From the NCBI GenBank assembly GCA_964016885.1, contig OZ024741.1, positions 238,452,001-238,516,000 of the forward strand: 64,000 nt of DNA. Direction: 5' to 3'. Source of the stretch: Eledone cirrhosa (taxonomy: Eukaryota). Within the stretch, counting starts at the first letter, position 1. The number at the start of each line of letters is the position of its first letter. Positions 10,578 through 23,491 of the stretch are shown piece by piece. Below the pieces are notes generated by a model, which was not told the origin of the DNA, did no database searches, and was given only the letters and a program-made list of their open reading frames with translations. Made by a program: the position numbers and the translations under genes.

Positions 10578-12977
10578 CTGTGGAACAGGTGGAAGTCTTC
10601 TGGGTGTTGTTGAGAATTTCCATTCATTAGTTAACTGCTCCATCTCTGGATAATATGGACTTTTAGGGTTTATTGACTGAAGATTTCTAGCAAATATATC
10701 ATCTGCATTTCTGGTTATTGCAACAGGATTGTTAGTGTGATACAGTATTTGTCTCATCTCAGTCGGAGATAGGAATTTTGGATTATCTATTGTTGTAGGT
10801 GAGTTATTGGTGTGATTAATACATCTGAAAACACACAGTGTTATTGACACTACAATAGCCACAGATATTATTACAGCTGCTGCTACAATGATAATTACCC
10901 AAGTCATATTGAGGTTGTTACCAGTCTGTAAGTGGACTGCAGTCAACATTGGAGATGTATCATTACTAACAAACAGTGTTAGTATGATAGAAGTTGTTAC
11001 TGATTGAACTGGTGTACCACCATCTTTCACTATAAACTGTAGGTCATATGTTCCTGCATCATTTTGGTAAACTGCCCGAGAGAAAGATAAGACACCAGTG
11101 TGGGAGTTGACTGTAAACAGGTTTTTATCATTAGATCTCAGTATTCCATATGTGAGGAAAGCATTGTTTCCAGTGTCTTTGTCAGAGGCTTTCAGAATGG
11201 TGATGTCTTTCTTACTGTGTGGATCATAGTGGACATCTAGATTGTAAGGGTCATTAATAGGAAAAGTAAAATAGGGGGCATTATCATTTTTATCTAGAAT
11301 CTCAATAACAATATTGGCAGTGTTATTCAGAGAAGGTGTTCCATTATCTTTGACTAAAATCTGGAAGTTATAGATGTCTTTCACTTCCCGATCTATTGAT
11401 TGTGATGTAGAAATAAATCCATATTTTGTAAGTTGGAAAGGAATGTTATCATTGTTGTTATCATTGATGATAGAATATGTAAGTTGACCCCCATCATCAA
11501 GATCAGGGTCTGTAGCATTGATGAAGCCAATAGGGAAGTCAACTTTCTGGTTTTCATAGGTGAGGAATTGGAATGTATCTTTGGTAAAATGTGGTTGTAC
11601 ATCATTGACATCAGTTACTTTGACAGAGAATTGTTTCTTAGTCTTTAACTGAGGTGATCCCATGTCATGACATACAATAGATACAACATAGTGATCTATA
11701 ATTTCCCTATCAAGAGGTTCTTTCACCAATATTTTATATTCTTTAGAACCCATGTTAGAAAGTTGAAATATTTTATGTTGAATATTACACTTAATTTGTC
11801 CATTAGGTCCACTATCAGTGTCAATGACCATAACATAAGCTATAAAACTTCCAAATTTACTTGCTTCTGAAATAGCTGTAGAAGTCTCTGTTAAAGGAGT
11901 TAAAAAATCTATATTTATAGTTGGAGCATTATTTTGAATGCTAACTACATTAATAATTAACACTGCTTTAGAACTTAATGAAGGAATTCCACCATCTCTA
12001 GCTTCAACATACAATTGGTATTTACTTTCTTTATTTCTAAAGAAATCTTCATTAGTGAAAATTTCTCCAGATTTGGAATTTAATTTGAAATATTTTCTGG
12101 CATACTTATTTGTATTTCTGTGTAAATAGTAGGTGATATTTCCATTTTGACCAGAATCTAAATCTGTAGCTGATAAAACAAACACAGGGGAAGATATATG
12201 ATGTGTATCACTGATAGTTGTATTATATATTTTTTCAGTTAATATTGGTCTGTTATCATTTACATCAATAACAGATATTTCTATGTTTAGAAAACCTACT
12301 TTTTGTGGTGAACCTCCATCTTTAGCCACTAACTGTAACATATAAGTGTCTTTTAATTCCCTGTCTAACACTCCTTGTAGAGTAATTTTAAGTATATTCA
12401 TTCCATCAGTTTCTTTAAATATGGTCAGTGAGAATTTCTTACTTTTATCATTAAGTTTATATGTGATGTTAGAATTGAGAACACCAATGTCTTTATCAAC
12501 AGCATTTGGTATTGTTTTAGTTGAACCTTTTCCATCTGTTTCATAAAATATTATTTCCAGTTGATTTTTTGGAAACTCTGGCTGATGGTCATTAATATCT
12601 TCTATGAATATTTTAATCTTCAATATCTTTATAGATGTTTCTGATATTCTCACTGCAACTTTAATAAATTTGGAACATCCTTTGTTATATGTACACAGAG
12701 ACTCAGCATCCAGTGTCTGTGTAGTGTATAGTTTTCCTGTGTTGGTGACATTGAATAAGTGAGAACCACTTGACACTGTCCTTTGTAGTTGTGTAAATGT
12801 AATGAGACTGTGTTGTTGATGTGTAAGGGAGTATGTTAAGTTGGAATCAACAGCAATGTCTCCTATATAGGTGTGAGGACTGTCTTCTTCATTGACATGA
12901 TAAATAAGATCTAAGGACACAACAGAATACATGAATCCGAAGAGAAGATAAATCGGTAGAGTGCTGATTATAACCAT
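10578..12977 (-). CDS. Pcdh: Protocadherin P2, large coding exon
   Basis: 804-aa ORF, 6 cadherin repeats plus TM; donor CAG|GTAACT; acceptor tttttctag at 13020-13021. Confidence 0.96.
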
Positions 12978-13427
12978 TGTTGTAATTCATTATTTATTGT
13001 ATTTCATAAACCAATATATCTAGAAAAAAATAATGAAACATGTTAACTTAATTATACAATAATATATACAAATTTTTCTGAGTCGAATATATAACATGTC
13101 ATATTTACAATACTATATATTGAATAATACTTTAAAACTGGATTTAGTTAATAAAAAGATTGAACTTCATTTTTGCTGTTTAGCTAGGAAGTGAAAGACT
13201 ATACCCATGACGCATACTGGGCCTCTGATTTGCAGGAAGGCATTCAAAAGTTATGCTCAGTTTCGTGACCTGATTTGAATGCTTGCAGGTTCGTTGAGTT
13301 AAACTTGGTGAAAAATTGACACAGCTAACCAAATAATCACAACTGTTTTAAACTCAGAATATAACTAAAGACTTAGCATCTTTTTTGAGTGATTTAGGAT
13401 CTTAAATGATTTTATTGAGCATCTCAC

Positions 13428-13517
13428 CTATTTTGAGTATATCTATCGACCTATGTGTCTCCCATTTCTAGATAAACATAATACTGACAAGTATATTTCC
13501 TGTGGGACGATATATTC
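13428..13517 (-). other. Candidate 90-nt non-coding 5'UTR exon of P2
   Basis: Same splice sites and length as 4791..4880. Confidence 0.45.
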
Positions 13518-13590
13518 CTGTAAAAATTATTCAGAAGTAACCACTAGCTCTACAGAATTGCATTTTTGCAATCTTCCATCTTGAGATAAT

Positions 13591-13606
13591 AGAGTTATCT
13601 GCCCCT
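13591..13606 (-). promoter_or_regulatory. Conserved upstream element AGGGGCAGATAACTCT (P2)
   Basis: Identical to the P1 copy. Confidence 0.5.
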
Positions 13607-14894
13607 CCCAATGTTAAATATTTGCTCCTACAATTTCTTTGTGAGTGGTACATATATAGAAAAGCTTCTATGTAAGATGGAAAAAGACATTTGATCTATT
13701 CTGTATTTTATTGTAGTATTTACTTTGGCTTCTAACTAATGTACCTCCACAATATGCTATCATTACGTGAAATCGTTAATTTTATAATAATATGGTGGGC
13801 ATCGAACATTTTCTGTTGAAAATTAGCATTGTAAAACTCTATAGAAATGAATTCTGATTTAAAATTATAAATTATATAATCAATAAATATATGTCTACGA
13901 TCATGATGCTAAGTTCTTGAGCAGAGCTGATCAGTGTTGGTTACCAAAAGATATAAAACAAAGATAATCATGCCCAAATATGTGAAACATTAGTCTGTTC
14001 AGGTAAAATGTTATATTATATACATTATAGTATCTCTTTGAGGAACAAAGTGAAATTCAGAACATGTTTCTTCTAGATTGTTATCTAGTTTGACCTTTTC
14101 TGCTTGAACCCTGTAATATTGTGTTCATAATGATAGTGGAGGAAAGTCAGTTACTGGAAAATAGATTTCTTTATAATTTACAATTGATATCGAAACAGAA
14201 ATTGAATGTAATATGTCTGTTAATTATTGTGGTTATTTTATTTTATATGTGCAGTTTTTGTTATTTTGTAATGGGTAGGAGTGTTACTATTTCTGGGTTA
14301 ACGTACTAATGTTGTTCTTGCTTGATATTTATTTTTCTGGTTGTTTGTATGTTTTAACATATAAACATGTGGTGTGTGTTTGTTGTATCGGATTGTTGAT
14401 GAAACATATTCCCCATATGTTTCTGTGAACCTTTTAGTTTAAATGTTTCTGTACGTTATGTTTTTTAATAACATTTGGTAATATGAAGTGTGTTATTTGT
14501 AACATTTATTGTTGTTTTAGTCATGTTTGTGAGAGATTGAGTTTTTAGGTAGGACTGACATAGTTCTTGATGGATGTTTATAATTGATTGGAAACTGTAT
14601 GTTTATTTAAATAAAATGTTGACTGAATATTGGTCAGTTTTGTGTATATTGTGTATTTAATGATCATTACAATTAGGTTTTCATGTTCACTATATCTACT
14701 TAAGCTTAGTGGAATTTCACAAATAGAAAAAGAAAAATTCTTAAGCTTTACAATATATAGTTTTGTGTTTACAAATCAAATTTTTCTGAGCCCAACTAAG
14801 TAGCAGTAATGCAACAGTACTAACTGATTATTTAATATCTCTTGTGATTCATAATTATTATAGAAAAGTGATCAATATATATATATATATATAC

Positions 14895-15645
14895 ACTCTT
14901 CTTTTTTGCTCTTGCTCAATGGAAGTGGGGTCATTTTGGGTCAATGATCCCAAAAGAATCATTGTGCATAGAGCCGACCAGATTTACCAGTGCCCTCCAC
15001 AGCTGTCGGTCCCATGCCAGCCCCTCTGCATCCTCCAATTCGATGTTGAGCTGCTGGAAATCTTACTCATTCACATCCCTCGATCTGGTGCAGGGCCTGC
15101 CATAGGGTCTCTTCCAGCCTGAAGTTATTGAACATGAGTAAGGCTCTGGTAGGATGATCTGGTGGGAAGCATGGGGCATGTCCGAACCAGTGCATGTGGT
15201 GGATGTTTAAGAGGTGGGACGTTGCAGGCTGTTCTGTGTATGGATGCAAGTCTTTGTTGGAAATGTTGTGGTACCATCTGTTGTTCTTGATAGTCCTCAA
15301 AACCATTAATCCTGATGCCAAGAATTTTGTGACGGGCCATGTTTCTGCTTCATAGTGGAGAATGGATAGGGCCTAGGCATTGTAGATAGACCTTCATCTG
15401 ACACATTTGAAGATATCAGGGCAGCGCTGTCAGATCCCACTGTTGATGGGGAATCAATCAGTACTTCCTGTTCACCTGCATGCAGCTCTTGGCACAGTTA
15501 TAGATCCGTTAGAACAAGGTGGTGATCTTCGGAGACACATCAATGAGCAGAATTATCCAGTGGTATGCATGGTTGATGAGGGCAGCGATCTCTGTGGAAC
15601 TTCCAAGATCTTTCAATAATGAGATGGAGAACAGAAATGTGGTCC
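14895..15645 (-). mobile_element. Degenerate RTE-like LINE fragment (duplicate of 6200-7345 with ~390-nt internal deletion)
   Basis: Alignable to 6200-7345; deletion junction ccttcatc|tgacacatttga; peptide HWFGHAPCFPPDHPTRALL. Confidence 0.7.
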
Positions 15646-16362
15646 ATAAAACGAGGGACAAAATTTAAATAAATGCCTTTCAAATGAAGATTTTTATTTA
15701 ACTCTATTTGAACATATAGAAACCTGAAGTTATTTATACTTCAGGGCAAAATGAAAGTGACTGAAACAATATCGTCATCATTTTATGTTCTCTTTTTCAT
15801 GATTACATGGTTATAAATATAAAATTATATTGAATTGAATTTTAAGCAAATGCAAATGAGTTTCATTTATATTATAAGAAGCAGAGTGAAGTTAATTGAT
15901 TCATAGAGTATTTAACAATATATATGCAGTGTAATATAATTATTCTGTATCTTGATATTCTCAATCATATACAAGCAGTCCTGATATCATCTATAATTAA
16001 GACACAATTTAAATGAAGAGAAATAATTATATTTCTAATGTTCCCTGTTTAACCTGAGTAGTAGAAATATATTTAATAGTATATATGAATTATAGCAATG
16101 TATATGAAATTATGTTATTAAATACAATAAATTGACAGATCAGTATTTGCATAATGGTCACTGTCAAAAATATTTTCTTCCCAAAGTAACTACACTACTA
16201 CAGTAGTAATTGCTCTTGTAAATGGCTACATCATTCTTTGGCTATGTATTATATAGTATTATCATGAAATACTGTTATATTTATAAACTATATCTCATAT
16301 CTTCATTTGAAATATATATTCCCAGAACATCTAATGTAAAATGGCAATATAAAGAGACTTAC

Positions 16363-16530
16363 CTATAATGTTTAATCCTTTGTTTGTGTCTCTTACAGAA
16401 GACATTTATTCTGACGTAGTGTTCCAGTGTAACTGCTGCTGTAGTAGTGTAACAATGGCAGTATCTTGATGATGTAGATTTGTGAGTCATAGTGGGAGCC
16501 AACTACACTTTGAATGATCTTATTTATCTG
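16363..16530 (-). promoter_or_regulatory. Conserved module X2: putative promoter/first exon of P2
   Basis: Same motifs; TGACTCA at 16483-16489; donor at 16362. Confidence 0.65.
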
Positions 16531-17345
16531 TACATATTTTATTTATTAAACTTAATTTATTTTACCCAAAGTTTAAAATATTAAATAATGAATTTTGCAA
16601 TAAATATTTCTGATTTATACTAAACTACATTAAAATATTTATAAGTAATATTCATGCCTTGTACACGGGATGTTTACAGCACACTAATGTGTACACAAAT
16701 TCACTGAGTGTTATATGTAAAACATTATTTTCTAACCTCAGTGATAATTTCATAAGACATATTGCAGAGGATTAATCTATAAAATATATACTTACGTTAT
16801 AAATTATATATATATTTTTTACAATATCTTCTATTATTTTATTATTTTTTCATAATATAAATAATAATATGAAATATCAATGTGTATTTAAAATATTAAG
16901 ATATTATTATTATTATCATTATCACCATAGTAGAAATGGTAAATTGTTGGAATAGTATTCTTCATATATCTTTTGATAGCCGATTATGGGGATAAATGCC
17001 CTTTTCTTCCATCTAGTACTGATACTAATGATATATGAACAAGAATTCCATATATTATACCCATATTTCTGAAGATTTTTGCCCAATGTATGATAAAAAT
17101 AAACCAATGAGGATATTTGGGAATACTCTAAAATCATGTCATTTAATTCTTTCTTTCTCAAGGTGTAACAAACATATTTCCAAATACATATTCTTCAATA
17201 TTACTTTGAATTAATAAGTTGTGTGTGCTAATTAATCTAATTTCATTTTAAAACAGAAGCAATGTTCTAATTTTATTGAAGTATTTATGTTAAAAATAAA
17301 ATAATCTCCAAGCAGGATAATTGCAGTTGTGTTAACTTGAGCTTA

Positions 17346-17434
17346 CTATTTTTTATATATTGGTTCTAAATATGTATCTTGTTCATGTTCACCTTTTGGT
17401 GTTGGTGGGATATTTGGTGTGTAGTTACTGTATT
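17346..17434 (-). CDS. Pcdh: P3 terminal coding exon 3
   Basis: 89 nt from acceptor to TAG. Confidence 0.9.
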
Positions 17435-17805
17435 CTGGAAAATAGATAAATACATTATAAATAGTATTAGAAGGGAAAGTTATCTTTATATGTATGGAAA
17501 ATATTCTTTTCTAAATGAAGCAACTATTATCATATTCATTTTTATGATAATAATGAAAATTATTGTGTACAGTGCTCAGGTGCACTACAACTCATCAAAG
17601 GTGCATGTATAGTACATAGAATAATGTACAAATGCCAGGAAAGTGAATAGTATATGAGTCATTATACACACACATGCATACATGTTCCCACTAAATATTT
17701 TATAAAATACATTAATTACTCTTATATTAGTTAAATATGGTTTAATGATATAAATATGTTACAATTGTGCCAGTGAATTAATAAAAAATGAATATCCACT
17801 ATTAC

Positions 17806-17953
17806 CTGATGTTTGATGTGTAATATCTCCTTCACTCAAACCCCGTTTATGTTCTCTTTGAGATGGTAATGTATCACTTAAGTTGTTTGATGTCACAATA
17901 CTGCTGCTATCACCTTGCTCACAAGACCCATCTGAAATCTGCTTAGTGTATAT
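17806..17953 (-). CDS. Pcdh: P3 cytoplasmic exon 2
   Basis: 148 nt, AG/GT boundaries, open frame. Confidence 0.9.
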
Positions 17954-18493
17954 CTGTTATGAAACAACAAAGATTTCAATGCACATTTGAAAGATGAAAG
18001 TACATACTATAACTATATATTTTTACATCTTTGCAGAAAAATAATAATTCTTTTTACTGTATCAGAATGTTAAGGAGATTTGAGCAAAGTATTTTTAATT
18101 TCAACTATCAGCTTTGAAAATAGTAAATATCATATGACTGGTGTTGTATACTTAATCAGAACATCTGTTATTGTTTTGAGAATCTTTGATATTTAATATA
18201 TCAAATTGGTTTATGAGATATATAGATCTCTGAAATCAGGATATGAATATATTTGAAATAAATTTTACTGTTATTATAATTTTTGTTATCAGAATTGTCA
18301 ATATTTATTATAACAAATAGTTTCTTATATATAATTCCTTCTTAAAATAAGATATGAATACACTGAGAATAAATTTTACTGTTATTATTCAAAGTCGTAG
18401 GAAAATATATGAAGAAAATTAAATATGATTGTATATAATTAAATGTAAATACATAAAAATAATATTTAAGAGGTGGATTTACTGCATAGTTAC

Positions 18494-20902
18494 CTGTGGA
18501 ACAGGTGGAAGTCTTCTGGGTGTTGTTGAGAATTTCCATTCATTAGTTAACTGTTCCATCTCTGGATAATATGGACTTTTAGGGTTTATTGACTGAAGAT
18601 TTCTAGCAAATATATCGTCTGCATTTCTGGTTATTGCAACAGGATTGTTAGTGTGATACAGTATTTGTCTCATCTCAGTCGGAGATAGGAATTTTGGATT
18701 ATCTATTGTTGTAGGTGAGTTATTGGTGTGATTAATACATCTGAAAACACACAGTGTTATTGACACTACAATAGCCACAGATATTATTACAGCTGCTGCT
18801 ACAATGATAATTACCCAAGTCATATTGAGGTTGTTACCAGTCTGTAAGTGGACTGCAGTCAACATTGGAGATGTATCATTACTAACAAACAGTGTTAGTA
18901 TGATAGCAGTTGTGACTGATTGAACTGGAGTACCACCATCTTTCACTATAAACTGTAGGTCATATGTTCCTGCATCATTTTGGTAAACTGTCCGAGACAA
19001 AGATAAGACACCAGTATGGGAGTTGACTGTAAACAAGTTTTTATCATTAGATCTCAGTATTCCATATGTGAGGAAAGCATTGTTTCCAGTGTCTTTGTCA
19101 GAGGCTTTCAGAATTGTGATGTCTTTCTTACTGTGTGGATCATAGTGTACATCTAGATTGTAAGGGTCATTAATAGGAAAGGTTAAATAGGGAGCATTAT
19201 CATTTTTATCTAGAATCTCAATAACAATATTGGCAGTGTTATTCAGAGAAGGTGTTCCATTATCTTTGACTAAAATCTGGAATTTATAGATGTCTTTCAC
19301 TTCCCGATCTATTGATTGTGATGTAGAAATAAATCCATATTTTGTAAGTTGGAAAGGAATGTTATCATTGTTGTTATCATTGATGATAGAATATGTAAGT
19401 TGACCCCCATCTTCAAGATCAGGGTCTGTAGCATTGATGAAGCCAATAGGGAAGTCAACTTTCTGGTTTTCATAGGTGAGGAATTGGAATGTATCTTTGG
19501 TAAAATGTGGCGGTACATCATTGACATCAGTTACTTTGACAGAGAATTGTTTCTTAGTCTTTAACTGAGGTGATCCCATGTCATGACATACAATAGATAC
19601 AACATAGTGATCTATAGTTTCTCTATCAAGAGGTTCTTTCACCAATATTTTATATTCTTTAGAACCCATATTAGAAAGTTGAAACATTTTATGTTGAATA
19701 TTACATTTAATTTGTCCATTGGGACCACTATCTGTGTCAAAAACCATAACATAAGCTATAAAACTCCCAATTTTACTTGCTTCTGAAATAGCTGTAGAGG
19801 TTTCAGTTAAAGGAGATAAAAAATCTATATTTATAGTTGGGGCATTATTTTGAGTGCTAATTACATTAATGATTAACATTGTTGTAGAACTTAATGAAGG
19901 AATTCCACCATCCCTGGCTTCAATGTACAGTTGATATTTACTTTCTTTATTTCTAAAGAAATCTTCATTGGTAAAAATTTCTCCAGTTTTATGAATTAAC
20001 TTGAAATGTCTTTTAGCATATTCATTTGTATTTCTGTGTAAATAGTAAGTAATATTTCCATTTTGACCAGAATCTAAATCTGTAGCTGATAAAACAAACA
20101 CAGGAGAAGATATATGATGTGTATCACTGATAGTTGTATTATATGATTTTTTAGTAAATATAGGTCTGTTATCATTTACATCAATAACAAATATTTCTAT
20201 GTTTAGAAAACCTACTTTTTGTGGTGAACCTCCATCTTTAGCCACTAACTGTAACATATAAGTGTCTTTTAATTCCCTGTCTAACACTCCTTGTAGAGTA
20301 ATTTTAAGTATATTCATTCCATCAGTTTCTTTAAATATGGATAGTGAGAATTTTTTACTTTTATCTTTTAGTGTATATGTGATGTTAGAATTGATAACAC
20401 CAATGTCTTTATCAACAGCATTTGGTATTGATTTTGTAGAGCCTTTAGCTTCAGTTTCATAAAATTCTATTTTTATTTGTTTTTTTGGAAACTCTGGCTG
20501 ATGGTCATTAATATCTTCTATGAATATTTTAATCTTCAATATCTTTATAAATGTTTCTGATATTCTCACTGCTACTTTAACCATTCTGGAACATTCCTTT
20601 TTATATGTACACAGAGACTCAGCATCCAGTGCCTCTGTAGTGTATAGTTTTCCTGTGTTAGTGACATTGAATAAGTGAGAACCACTTGACACTGTCCTTT
20701 GTAGTTGTGTAAATGTAATGAGAGTGTGTTGTTGATGTGTAAGAGAGTGTGTTAAGTTAGAATCAACAGCAATGTCTCCTATATAGGTGTGAGGACTGTC
20801 TTCTTCATTGACATTGTATGTAATGTTTTTAGATACAACAGAATACATCAGTCCACAGAGAAGGTGAAACAGGAGGGTGTTGATCATAATCATTGTTATC
20901 AT
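18494..20902 (-). CDS. Pcdh: Protocadherin P3, large coding exon
   Basis: 807-aa ORF, 6 cadherin repeats plus TM; donor CAG|GTAACT; acceptor ttcttttattcttcag near 20935. Confidence 0.96.
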
Positions 20903-21109
20903 TCATTATTATTCACGAGTATATATCTTGAAAGCTGAAGAATAAAAGAAAGGAAGTTTATTTAACTATACATTCACATATTATGTGAAATCCATACAAA
21001 TTTACTATGTGAAATTCATATTTTTAACAAGATCAAGAACATATAATCTTTGGAACTAGTAAAATATATCCTATTGTATATCATGTAGAGGTTTAAAAAC
21101 TTCTGAATG

Positions 21110-23030
21110 ATGAAATAATGGAAGGAATTAGTAAACCAAGTCATACAGAATGGGGTCGTTCCGAAGGACTGGCACAGCAGCATCATCATTAACTGCTACA
21201 AGGGTAAAGGAGATGCCCTAGATAGGGGAAACTATGGAGGCATTAAATTAATTGACCAGGTCATGAAGGTCACAGAAAAAGTAATAGCGCAACTAATCAG
21301 AGAGCGAATTGATCTAGATGAAATGCAGTTCGGGTTTGTGTCAGGTAAAAGTACAACAGACGCTCTTTTCATTGTACGACAACTACAGGAGAAGTACCTA
21401 GCTAAAAGTAAACCCTTATACTTAGCTTTTGTTGACTTGGAGAAAGCCTTTGACAGAGTACCCCACTCGATTATCTGGTGGGCCCTTAGAAAACTAGGTG
21501 TTGATGAATGGCTTGTGAGAGATATACAAGCCATGTATAAAGAAACAGTCAGCAAGGTTAGAATTAACAACGAATATAGTGAAAAATTGGTGTTCATCAG
21601 GGCACCGTCCTAAGCCCCCTACTATTTTTTATTGCCCGTCATGCTATAACAGAGAAGTTCAAGACCGGCTGCCTATGGGAACTTCTATACGCAGATGATC
21701 TAACGCTCATAGCTGAATCAATGGCTGAACTAGAGAAGAAATTCCAAACATGGAAGCATAGCCTAGAATCAAAAGGCCTTAAAATTAACCTGTCTAAGAC
21801 TAAAGTTCTAGCTTGTAGGAAGGAAAATAGGGCACTGGTCCCATCTGGGAAATGGCCATGCTCAGTGTGTAGGAAAGGAGTAGGCAGAAACTCCATTTTA
21901 TGTCCCAAATGCAAAGTATGGGTGCATAAAAGATGTAGTGGGATCACAGGTAAGCTAACTAAGAATATAGATTTTATATGTGGCCGGTGCTCTGGTGCAA
22001 TAAGTAGCAGCAAGTGCCCACAGAATACTAGCTCATTCCATTGCACAGATGGTTCTATAGAAATAGTGGACACCTTCCGTTACCTGAGTGACAAAATCAG
22101 CAGTGGTGGAGGGTGCTCTGAAAGTACAGTAGCTAGAGTCAGAACGGGATGGAAAAAGTTCAGAGAGCTTATACCACTATTGGCCGCTAAAGGGTTCTCT
22201 CTAAAAATGAAAGGCAGGCTGTATGATGCCTGCATATGAACAGCAATGTTACATGGCAGTGAGACATGGGCATTGTGCGCAGAGGATATATGCAGACTGC
22301 AGAGGAATGAAGCTTGCATGCTCCGTTGGATGTATAATAGTAATATACGTGAATGGCAAAGCATAAATGAACTAAGGGAGAAATTAGGAATAAGAGGAAT
22401 CAGATGTTGTTTACTCGAGAGAAGACTACGTTGGTATGGTCACGTGATGTGCATAAAAGACGACAGCTGTATAAAAAAGTGCAGGGTGATAAAAATAGAC
22501 GGTAGCCATGGAGTAGGCAGACCCAGAAAAACCTGGGACGACTTGATAAATTCCGACCTCACACACTTACACCTCTCCAAGACAATGTCACTGGAGCGAG
22601 ATCTTTGGCGCTACACAGTAATACAGAAGACCCGCCTTGCCTAAGTACAAAGCGAAACCTACAGTCAGTAGGCACCTCTAACAAAAATACACCCCGTCCC
22701 ACTACCCCCACCCCATCCACACCACCCCTTTCGATGAAAAGTTATGTTGGTACCACAACATCCAGTCCGAAATAAATGAGGTCGTGTAGATGTCACGAAA
22801 AAAAAAACACACAGTCCACGCTGTAATGTGGCTGTGTAGGTAACACGGTAAAAACCTCCCAGTCCACACTGTAAACGCGGTTGGTGTTAGGAAGGGCATC
22901 CAGCCGTAGAAAAGCCGCCAGACAGTCCTATGCGAGCAGGACAACCAATCTTGCCTCAAGTGGGAAAACTCCCGTCCAAACCCATGCAAGCGTGGAAGAT
23001 GGACGTTAAACGACGATGATGATGATGATG
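21110..23030 (+). mobile_element. 5'-truncated RTE-clade LINE (RT with Cys-rich PHD-like insert), frameshifted
   Basis: QFGFVSGKSTTDA, FVDLEKAFDRVPH, LLYADDL, WPCSVCRKGVGRNSILCPKCKVWVHKRC, RRLRWYGHV, GRPRKTW; (GAT)n tail. Confidence 0.92.
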
Positions 23031-23491
23031 TAGGAATTTGTTTAATGGAAAAGTAGTTAAGGTTGGTTCAGCAGGAACTGCATCAGATAATTAGTGAAAT
23101 ATTTAAAAAGCCACTGTAGATAGGCTTGAAGTCATCTATATTAAAGATTTGCTATCAAAATTACAAGAAAATTGAATCAATTGGATATATAAACTTTTTA
23201 TAGTTTATATTATTGTAGAAATTGATTGAAGCACAGTTTCTCAATAAAGAAGTGAAACTGTACTATTTTTGAAACACTGCCATTATTTCTAATTTTTATT
23301 CTTAACCCAATATGGAGAATTTGATATTTCTTTAATCATGTTGTCATTGGTTCAATAATGTTAGATGTTTAATCAGTAAATATTTTGTGCCTAAATAGAT
23401 TTCCAACAAAAGAGTCACTCTCTCTCTGATAAATGTAATAACTAATCCTCTTAACATTATACCTGTTGTCTTTAAAATATAAATTATAAAT

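Noticed and set aside
1-20950. P1-P3 similarity as an assembly artefact
   Set aside because: The copies differ by a TSD-flanked SINE, large deletions and distinct EC2-3 sequences, which favours real paralogues. Read-level confirmation is still desirable.
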